A DNA stretch of 61,435 nucleotides from an uncultured Bacilli bacterium (GTDB lineage: Bacteria; Bacillota_I; Bacilli_A; RF39; UBA660). Below, one piece after another: positions 9,411 to 19,204 of this stretch. Below the pieces are notes generated by a model. It worked only from the letters and a program-made list of their open reading frames with translations. It ran no database searches and was not told the DNA's origin. Each line of letters starts with the position of its first letter. The stretch's first letter is position 1. Location: assembly GCA_947626125.1 (NCBI GenBank), contig CANQRA010000002.1, positions 1 through 61,435 of the forward strand, read 5' to 3'. A program made the position numbers and the translations under genes.

Positions 9411-10301
9411 TTAATTCACAATTTTTGATATATTACTCACGGCATGAATGGCATCTGATGAAGCTGTAACTAATTGATAAATATCTTTTTTAATAACATC
9501 GCCAATAGCATAAATTCCTTCAATTGAAGTTTCAAAATTTTCATCCACTATGATATGGCCATTAAGATTAGTTATGTTTAAATCTTTAAACATGTCGGTA
9601 TTTGGACGATAGCCAATATAAATAAAGACACCTTTAACATTAAGGCTTTTGCCATTATCAAGAGTAATACTTTCAATATGACCATTTATTTCGTTATATT
9701 CTCTTATACTCACACCATAAATTATTTCAATATTTGGGGTATTTTTAACTTTATCAATTAATATATCATCACCTTTAAAACCGGTTTTACGATTTAAAAT
9801 AAAGACCTTAGGACATATTTTAGCTAAATACAATGATTCTTGTAAAGCACTATTGCCACTTCCAACGACCGCCACATCACTACCCACATAACTATTGCCA
9901 TCATTCGTGGCGTCCGTACTGATACCTCTTCCGAGTAGATCTTTTTCATTATCAAGTCCTAAATATTTAGGCTTAGTCCCGGTAGCTATAATAATATTAT
10001 GGGCTTCATAAGTATTCTTATTTGTTATAACTTTTTTTATATCATCTTCTACTGAGACATTTATTACTTCTTCAAAGGTATAAGGAATTTCTAATTCTTG
10101 CACTTGCTTAAATAAGATGTCGGCAAAATCACTACCTTTAATATTAATAAGACCTGGATAATTACTAATTTTTTCAATATTATTTAACATACCACCGGGT
10201 TTACCCTTATCAATAAGGAGTACATTTAAATTACCTCTTTTGGCATAAATACCTGCCGTGATACCACCAATACCCATCCCTATTATTATTAAATCGTACA
10301 T
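9411..10301 (-). CDS. Thioredoxin-reductase-like FAD flavoprotein lacking the redox-active CxxC
   Basis: 296 aa, collinear with TrxB: IIGMGIGGITAG, VVGSGNSALQES, GIYAIGDV. The position of GVSACATCDG reads GISTDATNDG (9897-9920). Confidence 0.8.
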   Translation of the reverse strand: MYDLIIIGMGIGGITAGIYAKRGNLNVLLIDKGKPGGMLNNIEKISNYPGLINIKGSDFADILFKQVQELEIPYTFEEVINVSVEDDIKKVITNKNTYEAHNIIIATGTKPKYLGLDNEKDLLGRGISTDATNDGNSYVGSDVAVVGSGNSALQESLYLAKICPKVFILNRKTGFKGDDILIDKVKNTPNIEIIYGVSIREYNEINGHIESITLDNGKSLNVKGVFIYIGYRPNTDMFKDLNITNLNGHIIVDENFETSIEGIYAIGDVIKKDIYQLVTASSDAIHAVSNISKIVN

Positions 10302-10319
10302 AAATACCCTCTCTATTCT

Positions 10320-11111
10320 TTAATTTTCATTATATAAATCTTCATATTTTCCTTTCCGCGCTAAGAAAATAAATATCACTAAACCTGTTAAAAATAAAAC
10401 AATGGAAACTAGTTGAGCCATTCTAAATCCTCCAAGCATCAAAGAATCGGTTCGCATGGCTTCAATAAAAAATCTCCCCGTAGAATAATACATCATATAT
10501 AAACAAGTCATTTGGCCTTTTTTGATATAACGCATTCTTCTAATAAAAAGAAAAATGATAAAACCAATTAAACAAAACATACTCTCATAGAAGAAAGTTG
10601 GTTCATAATAAACATTACCGATTTTCATTCCATTAATAATAAACTCAGGAATTTTTAACTCTCTTAAATGAGCTAAAGTAGTCGCGGCTCCATGGGCTTC
10701 ACTGTTAAAAAAGTTACCCCATCTGCCAATCGCTTGCGCAAGAATTAAGGGAACAACTACAATGTCGGTCATTCGGAAAGGATCAACATCATGTTTCTTA
10801 CAATAAATATATAAAGTTATTAAACCGGCAAATAAACCACCATGAATGGCTAGTCCTCCCTCCCAAACTTTAAAAATGGAAGTAAAATTCTCGCGATAAT
10901 AAGTAAAATTAAAAATACAATAATAGATTCTTGCCCCAATTAAACCAATAATAATGGTCCAAAAAAATAAATTAATGACAAAATCTTTCGATATATTAAA
11001 TCTTTTAGCTTCTTTTAAAGTAATAAAGAAGCCAATAATCATACCTATTAAAAGCATAATGGAATACCATTTAATTTCCATACCAAATACAGTAAAAGCT
11101 ACAGGATTCAT
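10320..11111 (-). CDS. lgt: Prolipoprotein diacylglyceryl transferase
   Basis: 263 aa polytopic membrane protein with GGLAIHGGL and GRWGNFFNSEAHG motifs. Confidence 0.9.
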   Translation of the reverse strand: MNPVAFTVFGMEIKWYSIMLLIGMIIGFFITLKEAKRFNISKDFVINLFFWTIIIGLIGARIYYCIFNFTYYRENFTSIFKVWEGGLAIHGGLFAGLITLYIYCKKHDVDPFRMTDIVVVPLILAQAIGRWGNFFNSEAHGAATTLAHLRELKIPEFIINGMKIGNVYYEPTFFYESMFCLIGFIIFLFIRRMRYIKKGQMTCLYMMYYSTGRFFIEAMRTDSLMLGGFRMAQLVSIVLFLTGLVIFIFLARKGKYEDLYNEN

Positions 11112-11179
11112 CTAACCACCTCAGTTATTATTATAAAACAAAAAAGATAACTTTCACAATACCTAGTTATCTTTTTATT

Positions 11180-12367
11180 TTAATTTTGAAATAAAGTATC
11201 TTCTTTTTTGTATATTCTACTTATTACTAAGATAATAAGAATAGTATAGATTATTGTCGTTATAAAAGTAATCATTAGATATAAGATATTATATTTACCT
11301 AATAATAAATCTTGTAATAAATAAGTATGATTAACTATTGGAATAAAAGACATACCTAAATTTAATTTCACTCCCGCGGTTGTTAAAAACATCGGAATAA
11401 TGGTTATTAAACTAATCGGGGTTAAACTACTTTGCGCTTCTTTATAAGTCTTACTTTTACTCGATATAGCGATACATAAACCACTTATAAATAAAGAGAA
11501 TGATACTAATATAATAAAGGCAATTAAAATAGATAAGCCATTAACATTTAAAATTGCATTTTTATAAACATTAAATGATTTATAAGATATTAATAAAGAT
11601 AAGACAATGAGAAATATATCAATCATGGAAGTAATAATACAGGAAGTACTAATAGCTAAATATTTACCGGTAATTATTTCATGGCTTTTAATTGGAAAAG
11701 TTAAGAAAGTTTCTAAGGTTCCTCTTTCTTTTTCACCAGCCATTGTATCTGTCGTAGTATATATCGCCGTTAAGCAAATAGACATTACCGCAAAGGTAAA
11801 GCCGATGGATATGAGAGTATTCATCATCATATTAGAACCCTCTAAAGAAACATATTTATAATTTATATTATGATAAACTCGGTCTTTATCAGCATCAATA
11901 CTTTCTAAATATAAATTAGCTAAATAATCATTATATGTACTCAAATAACTTTCAATTAAATTACCGGCAATAGTACTTTCATCATCCATATCATTAACAT
12001 AAATCGTATAATTTTTATCTTCATAAACAATATAAGCGACTATTTCCTCATCTTGATAAGCTTTCTTTAACTCTTCTTCGGTTTCATACTTAACCATATT
12101 AAGATTTAAATTATTTATAATTTGTTCTTCGGTTTCATTTAAGTTATAATTAATTCCCACCTCATATTTAAGAGAATGATTAGTATCAGTATAAGAATTA
12201 TCCACCTCACTCATCATGCCATTAAAAATATAAGAGAAGGCAATAAAATAGAAAGGAATAATAAATGGAGTTAATAACATAATTATCAAAGATTTCTTTT
12301 CTCTTAAAATTGCCCTTATTTCTTTTTTTAAAGTTATTAAAATATTTTTATTCATGGCTACCTCCAA
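11180..12367 (-). CDS. ABC-2 type transporter permease (NatB-like)
   Basis: 395 aa. N-terminal TM, large extracytoplasmic loop, C-terminal cluster of five TM helices. Overlaps the upstream ATPase gene. Confidence 0.75.
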   Translation of the reverse strand: MEVAMNKNILITLKKEIRAILREKKSLIIMLLTPFIIPFYFIAFSYIFNGMMSEVDNSYTDTNHSLKYEVGINYNLNETEEQIINNLNLNMVKYETEEELKKAYQDEEIVAYIVYEDKNYTIYVNDMDDESTIAGNLIESYLSTYNDYLANLYLESIDADKDRVYHNINYKYVSLEGSNMMMNTLISIGFTFAVMSICLTAIYTTTDTMAGEKERGTLETFLTFPIKSHEIITGKYLAISTSCIITSMIDIFLIVLSLLISYKSFNVYKNAILNVNGLSILIAFIILVSFSLFISGLCIAISSKSKTYKEAQSSLTPISLITIIPMFLTTAGVKLNLGMSFIPIVNHTYLLQDLLLGKYNILYLMITFITTIIYTILIILVISRIYKKEDTLFQN

Positions 12368-13097
12368 TTAAAGTAAAGAAAGCATCTCTTAAATTCGTCG
12401 TCTTGGTTAATTTCTTGATTTCTTCAGGTGTACCTATTTTCACAATCTTTCCCTTATTAATAATAACTACCCGATCACAAATATTCTCCGCTTCTTCCAT
12501 ATAATGTGTAGAATATAAAATACATTTTCCTTTATTTCTTTCTTTTTTAATAAAATCTAATACTATTTGACTAAGAATTGTATCAAGACCACTGGTAGCT
12601 TCATCTAAAATATAATATTTCGGACTATGCAAAGTACATCTAGCAATAGCTATTCTTTGATTTTGTCCGGTAGATAACGTACCAATTTTTTGATTAATAA
12701 AATTTTCTAAATTAAACTCTTGGACAATTTCTTTAATAATATCTTCTACATTATCTTTGGGTATATCGTAGTATTCACCACACATTTTTAAAAGTTCATA
12801 ACCGGTTATATCTTTATATAATTTGGTATTACCAGATAAAAAAGCAATCTCTTTTTTTATAGCAATATCATTTTTTTGATAATTCATACCATCAACAGTT
12901 ATTTCCCCTTTAGTTGGTTGCATAATCCCGGCGATTATTCTTAAAAGGGTAGTTTTTCCGGCGCCATTAGGGCCTAAAATTCCTACGATTTCTCCTTCTT
13001 TCGCGGTGAAAGTTATATCATTAACCGCAAGTAAAGATTCTTTTTTCTTCTTTGTTATTTTCGTAAATTCTTTAAAAACATTTTTTACTTCAATCAT
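12348..13097 (-). CDS. ABC transporter ATP-binding protein (NatA-like)
   Basis: Walker A GPNGAGKTT, signature LSTGQNQR, Walker B YYILDEATSGLD. Start moved to ATG 13097 (MIEVKNV...), which is preceded by AGGAGG at 7 nt. The track start at 13145 lacks an RBS. Confidence 0.9.
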   Translation of the reverse strand: MIEVKNVFKEFTKITKKKKESLLAVNDITFTAKEGEIVGILGPNGAGKTTLLRIIAGIMQPTKGEITVDGMNYQKNDIAIKKEIAFLSGNTKLYKDITGYELLKMCGEYYDIPKDNVEDIIKEIVQEFNLENFINQKIGTLSTGQNQRIAIARCTLHSPKYYILDEATSGLDTILSQIVLDFIKKERNKGKCILYSTHYMEEAENICDRVVIINKGKIVKIGTPEEIKKLTKTTNLRDAFFTLIGGSHE

Positions 13098-13185
13098 CAA
13101 AGGCCTCCTAAAAGAAAGATTATCACAATTATATTTTAAATGCAATAAAATGATGTTATAATTACTAAGAGAAAGAAGGCATTTT

Positions 13186-14244
13186 ATGCAAAATAAAAAA
13201 TATTATATTATCTCTTCCCTTATCGGTATATTTGATTTAATTTATGTTTATATAATTAATGTTAAACATTTAATAGAAACAGAGATTGAATACGCTGGTA
13301 ATTTAGTTAATGAAAATGTCTTAGGTATTTTAAATAATCCTGCCTATTACTATATCTTAGGGCTTATTGGCATCCTATTCTATTTAAGCATTATGTTCAT
13401 TATTATTAAAAAGAAAGAAGTAAAATATAAAAATTTTTTATTAACCGCGAATCTTATTTTATTAATTTTCTTTGGCAATAATCTTCTTTTGATTGCTATA
13501 CCTTTAGTCAATGTTTATTTTTGGTGTCGGATTCCTAAACCAACAAAAGAAGAAAAAGAAAGTATGCCGACTCTAGATAGACCTCAAACCAACATTAAAG
13601 AAACCATTAAAGCTCTAAGCGTTATTATCATTTATTTTTTCATTCATTTTCTTTTAGGAAATCTTGTCTTCTCTTTTATTAAAGAAACTAATTCTAATAA
13701 TTTATTATTTAATATTATTACCGATATATTTTTATTAATATTAGTTATAATTTTATTTAGAGAAGAACTAATTTCAGGATTTAAATTATTAATAAAGAAA
13801 TTTAAAGTATATGCTCCTTATATTTTAAGAAATTATGGTTTATTATTACTTGTTAATATTGGGTTCTCTTTGCTTATTGCTTTATTGATGAAAGGATTTC
13901 AAACCAGTCAAAATGAAATTGGTTTAAGTACATTACCGACATGGTATTTACTTCCGGCGGCATCAATATATGCCCCCATCGTGGAAGAAGTTGTTTTTAG
14001 GGGAGCTTTCCGAAGACTAATAAAAAATGATACTTTATTTATTATTGTCTCTGGTTTATGTTTTGGCCTATTGCATACAATTGGGCAAGAAGCCACCATT
14101 GTAAATACTCTAGTATTTGGCCTTCCTTATATCGGGATGGGTATTATTCTAGCTTATACTTATAAAAAGACTAACAACATAACCACTAATATAAGCATTC
14201 ACTTCTTAAATAATTTCTTAGCCACAATTCTTAAAGCATTATAA
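13186..14244 (+). CDS. CPBP-family intramembrane glutamic endopeptidase (CAAX protease/Abi-like)
   Basis: 352 aa multi-TM protein. Motifs EEVVFRG, FGLLH, HFLNN. Confidence 0.8.
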   Translation: MQNKKYYIISSLIGIFDLIYVYIINVKHLIETEIEYAGNLVNENVLGILNNPAYYYILGLIGILFYLSIMFIIIKKKEVKYKNFLLTANLILLIFFGNNLLLIAIPLVNVYFWCRIPKPTKEEKESMPTLDRPQTNIKETIKALSVIIIYFFIHFLLGNLVFSFIKETNSNNLLFNIITDIFLLILVIILFREELISGFKLLIKKFKVYAPYILRNYGLLLLVNIGFSLLIALLMKGFQTSQNEIGLSTLPTWYLLPAASIYAPIVEEVVFRGAFRRLIKNDTLFIIVSGLCFGLLHTIGQEATIVNTLVFGLPYIGMGIILAYTYKKTNNITTNISIHFLNNFLATILKAL

Positions 14245-14265
14245 AATAGGTAAAAATTTTACCTA

Positions 14266-15015
14266 TTATTTTTTTAAATTGCGAACTTGTTCTTGATATT
14301 TTTCTTTATTTTCTTCTAGAAATTTTTCTTCCAGCTCTTTTAATTCTTCCTCGCTTATTTCTTTTAAATCATGTTCTAAACGATAATTAGAAGCATAACA
14401 AATAAAATCTTTAATATATGGAGGTGTATTATTAATCGCGTAAACACTAATCTCCCTAAAATTGAATCTACCTTCTTTTGCATCATATTGGGCAAATTGA
14501 TGAGTTTTCGCAAATTGACTTCTTTTAGCATAAGGCTCACCATTAAGCAGCAATGCTATTTCATCTGGTTTAGGACTTTCAGCAATGAGCCAAGGTTCAG
14601 ATGAACTATTAGAGCTTAAGACTAAAACCTCAAACGAATAAGAAGTATTATATCTATCAATAACTGTACAAGCTGGAGCACGATAGCCATAAATTCCATT
14701 GTCTATATCTTTTGCTATTATTCTTTTAGATATATCCGCTAAGATGGGCATTAAGCTATCAACAACATAAGTACCATATACAGAAGCTTCCTCAAGTTCA
14801 CTTTGACAATCAGCTAAAGCTTCTTTTTCTTCGTTACATAGCCATGTAATCTCATCATTTCTTTTTATTATAATGCTCTCAATTTGTTCTTGTAGCTTTT
14901 GAATTTTTTCTCTTTTATAGGAAATTAATACTTCACTACTTTCTCTAACTTTTGTTATCCTATTTTGAATATCAGTTAATTTACTTTTTAAAGCTTGTAA
15001 TTTTTCAAAAATCAT
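14266..15015 (-). CDS. Hypothetical coiled-coil protein, paralog 1
   Basis: 249 aa. N-terminal heptad-rich segment. C-terminal YASNYRLEHDLKEISEEELKELEEKFLEENKEKY is shared with the 15095-15814 product. Confidence 0.6.
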   Translation of the reverse strand: MIFEKLQALKSKLTDIQNRITKVRESSEVLISYKREKIQKLQEQIESIIIKRNDEITWLCNEEKEALADCQSELEEASVYGTYVVDSLMPILADISKRIIAKDIDNGIYGYRAPACTVIDRYNTSYSFEVLVLSSNSSSEPWLIAESPKPDEIALLLNGEPYAKRSQFAKTHQFAQYDAKEGRFNFREISVYAINNTPPYIKDFICYASNYRLEHDLKEISEEELKELEEKFLEENKEKYQEQVRNLKK

Positions 15016-15094
15016 TTTTAAACTCTCTTTCCAACACGTCTATTTTTTTTGCATTTAATTAGCCTAAATGTAAATATTTCAATCTAAAAAAAGC

Positions 15095-15814
15095 TTATTT
15101 AACAGCTTTTTTTCTTGCTTGTCCATTATATTTTTCTTTATTTTCTTCTAGGAATTTTTCTTCCAATTCTTTTAACTCTTCCCCACTTATTTCTTTTAAA
15201 TCATGTTCTAAACGATAATTAGATGCATAACTAATAAATTCTTTTAAATAAGAAGGGATTCGCTCCATAGAATATAAACAACTTAATTCACAATAAACAA
15301 AAGTGCCTTCATTACAATCGTAGGTAGCAAGTTGATGGTTAACCCCAAAATGAGAGCTAAGGTCATCTTCTTGGGTTGGGGCGGGGCTTTTAGCAAGTAC
15401 ATACTCATTAAGTGGACATTCTAAAACCATTAAATCTAGAGTATACTCTTTTAAATTTGCATTAATCTCTACTATGGCATCACCACTAACAACTCGCAAT
15501 GCAGCTTCCCTATGCCCTATTACTTTCATTAAATCAATTAAAATAGGAACCATATGATAAATATTAAAAGTCCCAAAAACATCAATTTTGGCAAGTTCTT
15601 CCTTATAAGCTTTTAAAGCTTCATCTTCTTGTTCGTTTAAACGCGAAATCTCTCTATTTTTGGCATTTTCTAATTCTTTTATTTCCCTTTTTAAGCGCTC
15701 AATTTCTTCGTTTTTTCCTTGAATTAAATTTTCAGTATTTTCTTCCGTTTCTACTATTTTACTTCCAATATTATTTAATCTTTCATTACAATATTGTAAT
15801 TTTATTGTATTCAT
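15095..15814 (-). CDS. Hypothetical coiled-coil protein, paralog 2
   Basis: 239 aa. Same architecture and almost the same C-terminal 35 aa as the 14266-15015 product. Confidence 0.6.
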   Translation of the reverse strand: MNTIKLQYCNERLNNIGSKIVETEENTENLIQGKNEEIERLKREIKELENAKNREISRLNEQEDEALKAYKEELAKIDVFGTFNIYHMVPILIDLMKVIGHREAALRVVSGDAIVEINANLKEYTLDLMVLECPLNEYVLAKSPAPTQEDDLSSHFGVNHQLATYDCNEGTFVYCELSCLYSMERIPSYLKEFISYASNYRLEHDLKEISGEELKELEEKFLEENKEKYNGQARKKAVK

Positions 15815-15847
15815 TATAAACCTCCCTGTAAACTATATTATAATACA

Positions 15848-18673
15848 TTATTTCTCTTGGTCAAATATTTTTTTTAAAAATTCACCCGTAAATGAGCCTT
15901 GGATATTGCTTACTTCTCTTGGCGTACCTGTAGCAATAACCTCGCCCCCAAATCTTCCACCTTCGGGACCTAAATCAATAACATAATCAGCTTGCTTAAT
16001 AACATCTAAATTATGTTCAATAACAATTACCGTATCGCCATTATCAACAATGCGATTTAAAACCTCCAATAATTTTTTAATGTCAGCAGAATGTAATCCT
16101 GTTGTCGGTTCATCCAAAATAAAGACAGATTTACCTGTTGCTTTCTTTTGTAATTCTTTAGCTAGCTTTACTCTTCCGGCTTCTCCTCCCGATAATGTTG
16201 GCGCTCCTTGTCCAAGTTTAATATAAGAAAGGCCCACATCATACATGACTTGTAATTTATCTCTAACTTTCGGAATATTTTCAAAGAAAGGAATCGCTTC
16301 ACTTACCCGCATATCTAGTATTTCGGCAATATTTTTGCCTTTAAATTTAACATCTAAAGTTTCTTTATTAAAACGCGTTCCTCCACAAACATCACAAGGG
16401 ACATAAACATCGGGTAAAAAGTGCATTTCAATTTTCTTTACCCCATCACCATAACAAGCTTCACATCTTCCTCCTTTAACATTAAAGGAAAATCTACTTT
16501 TATCATATCCCCGCATTTTAGCTTCTTTCATGTTCGCAAAAACATCTCTAATATCATCGAAAACTCCCACATAAGTTGCCGGGTTACTCCTTGGCGTTCT
16601 TCCAATTGCATCTTGGCTAATATTAACGACTTTATCGACATTTTCCATCCCTTTAACACTTTTACATTTACCAGGAATATCCTTAGCTTTATAGATTTCT
16701 TTATGTAATGTTTTATATAATATTTCATTAACTAAAGTGGATTTACCAGAACCAGAAACACCGGTTACGACAATAAATTTATTTAAAGGAAATTTAACAT
16801 TAATATTTTTTAAATTATTTTCACTCGCCCCTTTAACTTCTAAAAATAAGCCATTTCCTTTTCTTGTTTTCTTTGGTATGGCAATTTTTTCTTTGCCACT
16901 TAAGTATCTTCCTGTAATACTCTTCTCATTTTGCATAACTTCTTGTGGGGTTCCAGCCGCCACAATATAACCGCCCTCTTCTCCAGCCCCAGGACCTACA
17001 TCAACTAAGTAATCTGCGGCCAGCATTGTATCTGTATCATGTTCAACGACAATTAAAGTATTACCTAAATCCCGCATTTCCTTTAACGAATTAATTAATT
17101 TTTCATTATCTCTTTGATGTAGACCAATGGAAGGTTCATCTAAAACATATAAAACGCCGGAAAGCTTACTACCTATTTGGGTAGCCAGTCTTATTCTTTG
17201 CGCTTCTCCCCCCGATAAAGTCGCAGCATTTCGCGAAAGCGTTAAATAATTTAAACCCACATTCATTAAAAAATCTAATCTTGCTAATATTTCTTTAATT
17301 AAAAGACGACTTATTTCTTGTTCTTCATTAGTCAATTTTAAGTTTCTTAAAAAATCGGCTAATTCATCGATGGCCATTTCACATAACTCATAAATATTCT
17401 TTTGATTTATTTTAACCGCTAAAATTTCCTCTTTTAGTCTTGTTCCATGACAATTAGGGCAAGTAGATTCAACCATGAAACCTTCAATCCATTCTCTTAT
17501 CCAAGAGCTGGTAGTTTCCATATATCTTCTTTCTAAATTATTTGCTATTCCCTCATAACGGGATTTTGTATCTCTCGTACTACCATTCTTAGCAATATAA
17601 TGAAAGTCCATGATATCTTTTGTCCCATATAAAATGATATCTAAGTCACTTTTTTTCATATCTTTAACCGGAACATCCAAGTCAATATGATAATGTTCAG
17701 CCACAGTTTTTAAACTGCTCATATACATATTATTATCTAAGTTAATAGCTACGATGGCCCCTTTATTAATGCTTTTACTTTTATCCGGAATTAATAAATC
17801 TTCACTAATCGAAAGCTTTGTACCTAAACCTTTACATTCCTCACAAGCTCCATAAGGAGAGTTAAAAGAAAACATTCTTGGTTCTAAACTACTTAAGGAA
17901 AAATTACAATGCGGGCAAGCATAATTTTCACTCATTAATAAATCTTCTTCATCATTAATACGAATGATAACTAGACCATTAGCCATCTTACAACTAGTTT
18001 CAATAGCTTCAAAAATTCGACTTCTTTCATCACTAGAAACAGGCAATTTATCAATTAAAACATAAATATCATCTTTAACATTCTTTTCTAATTTTATTTC
18101 ATCAAAGACATTGTACATAACTCCATTAACTTTGATTTTCGTAAATCCTTTGCTCTTTAAGTCCTCAATCAAATCTTTATGCGTGCCTTTTTCCCCTCTT
18201 ACGATGGGAGCAAAAATCTCAATTTTTACGTCAGGAGTTAAATTTAAGACTTTATTCGTCATCTCTTCAATACTTTGGCTCTTGATAGGTATATGATGGA
18301 TAGGGCAATAGGGAATACCAATTCTAGCATATAAAAGGCGTAAAAAATCATATAATTCAGTAATTGTCCCCACAGTTGAACGAGGATTTTTATTGGTGGT
18401 CTTTTGGTCGATGGATATACTAGGAGATAAACCTTCAATGGAATCAACATCCGGTTTTTCGCCTCCCCCAATAAATTGTCTGGCATAAGCTGATAAGCTT
18501 TCTACATATCTTCTTTCACCCTCAGCATAAATAGTATCAAAGGCAAGACTACTCTTCCCTGAACCAGATACACCCGTCATGACAATTAATTTATTTTTCG
18601 GCAATTCTAAATCCACATTTTTTAAGTTATTTTCCCTTGCCCCTCTAATAATAATCTTATCCATCTTTAACAC
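15848..18673 (-). CDS. uvrA: Excinuclease ABC subunit A
   Basis: 941 aa. Two ABC modules (GVSGSGKSS and GVSGSGKST, LSGGEAQR and LSGGEAGR) and Zn-finger CxxC pairs (CPHC, CEEC, CPNC, CEAC, CDVC). Confidence 0.97.
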   Translation of the reverse strand: MLKMDKIIIRGARENNLKNVDLELPKNKLIVMTGVSGSGKSSLAFDTIYAEGERRYVESLSAYARQFIGGGEKPDVDSIEGLSPSISIDQKTTNKNPRSTVGTITELYDFLRLLYARIGIPYCPIHHIPIKSQSIEEMTNKVLNLTPDVKIEIFAPIVRGEKGTHKDLIEDLKSKGFTKIKVNGVMYNVFDEIKLEKNVKDDIYVLIDKLPVSSDERSRIFEAIETSCKMANGLVIIRINDEEDLLMSENYACPHCNFSLSSLEPRMFSFNSPYGACEECKGLGTKLSISEDLLIPDKSKSINKGAIVAINLDNNMYMSSLKTVAEHYHIDLDVPVKDMKKSDLDIILYGTKDIMDFHYIAKNGSTRDTKSRYEGIANNLERRYMETTSSWIREWIEGFMVESTCPNCHGTRLKEEILAVKINQKNIYELCEMAIDELADFLRNLKLTNEEQEISRLLIKEILARLDFLMNVGLNYLTLSRNAATLSGGEAQRIRLATQIGSKLSGVLYVLDEPSIGLHQRDNEKLINSLKEMRDLGNTLIVVEHDTDTMLAADYLVDVGPGAGEEGGYIVAAGTPQEVMQNEKSITGRYLSGKEKIAIPKKTRKGNGLFLEVKGASENNLKNINVKFPLNKFIVVTGVSGSGKSTLVNEILYKTLHKEIYKAKDIPGKCKSVKGMENVDKVVNISQDAIGRTPRSNPATYVGVFDDIRDVFANMKEAKMRGYDKSRFSFNVKGGRCEACYGDGVKKIEMHFLPDVYVPCDVCGGTRFNKETLDVKFKGKNIAEILDMRVSEAIPFFENIPKVRDKLQVMYDVGLSYIKLGQGAPTLSGGEAGRVKLAKELQKKATGKSVFILDEPTTGLHSADIKKLLEVLNRIVDNGDTVIVIEHNLDVIKQADYVIDLGPEGGRFGGEVIATGTPREVSNIQGSFTGEFLKKIFDQEK

Positions 18674-18731
18674 TTCCAGTTCATTTATATTTTAATATAT
18701 TTTGAAAAATATGCAAGCACTTTAAACTAAT

Positions 18732-18759
18732 AAAAGACCTCCCATGAGGCCTTTTTTTT
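18732..18759. terminator. Hairpin terminator between the sigma-gene operon and uvrA
   Basis: AAAA-GACCTC-CCAT-GAGGCC-TTTTTTTT. On the minus strand the stem has a G-U in place of the A-C mismatch, and it would end the 18839-25770 operon. Confidence 0.55.
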
Positions 18760-18838
18760 CGTAGAGTAAACCTCTACAATAATATTTTAACCAGATATAG
18801 ATGATTTATACTTTATTACAAAAAAATCTTAACTATTC

Positions 18839-19156
18839 TTAATTAAGACTTCTTTTATTAATTGAACTTTGCACAGCCCATAGTAATATTTCTTGGGGAG
18901 TTAATTCAATACCATTATCACGATTGCTAGAGGCTATTTCACAATATTCACGAATATGTTCTAAGTTATTATTGTAAGTTTCTTCTTCTTTTTCATCAAA
19001 GCATCTAACCGTGGCTGTTAATAAAGCATTAGCAACTAAGTTATCATCAAAGGAATGCTTACCCATAATATTTTTAACAAAGATTAAATAGTATTTTCTC
19101 CATGTAGTAAACAATACTGGCTCATTAAGTTCATTAACTATTTTTTCTAAATCCAT
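18839..19156 (-). CDS. Hypothetical protein, last gene of the sigma-paralog operon
   Basis: 105 aa. RBS AAAGGA. No recognisable motif. Confidence 0.5.
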   Translation of the reverse strand: MDLEKIVNELNEPVLFTTWRKYYLIFVKNIMGKHSFDDNLVANALLTATVRCFDEKEEETYNNNLEHIREYCEIASSNRDNGIELTPQEILLWAVQSSINKRSLN

Positions 19157-19204
19157 ATCTATTATCCTTTCATAGTTATTTATTATATAAAGAAATTAAT
19201 AATT

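Noticed and set aside
18674-18838. A LexA/SOS box (CGAAC-N4-GTTCG type) upstream of uvrA.
   Set aside because: I could not find the motif or a close variant by eye in the uvrA upstream region.
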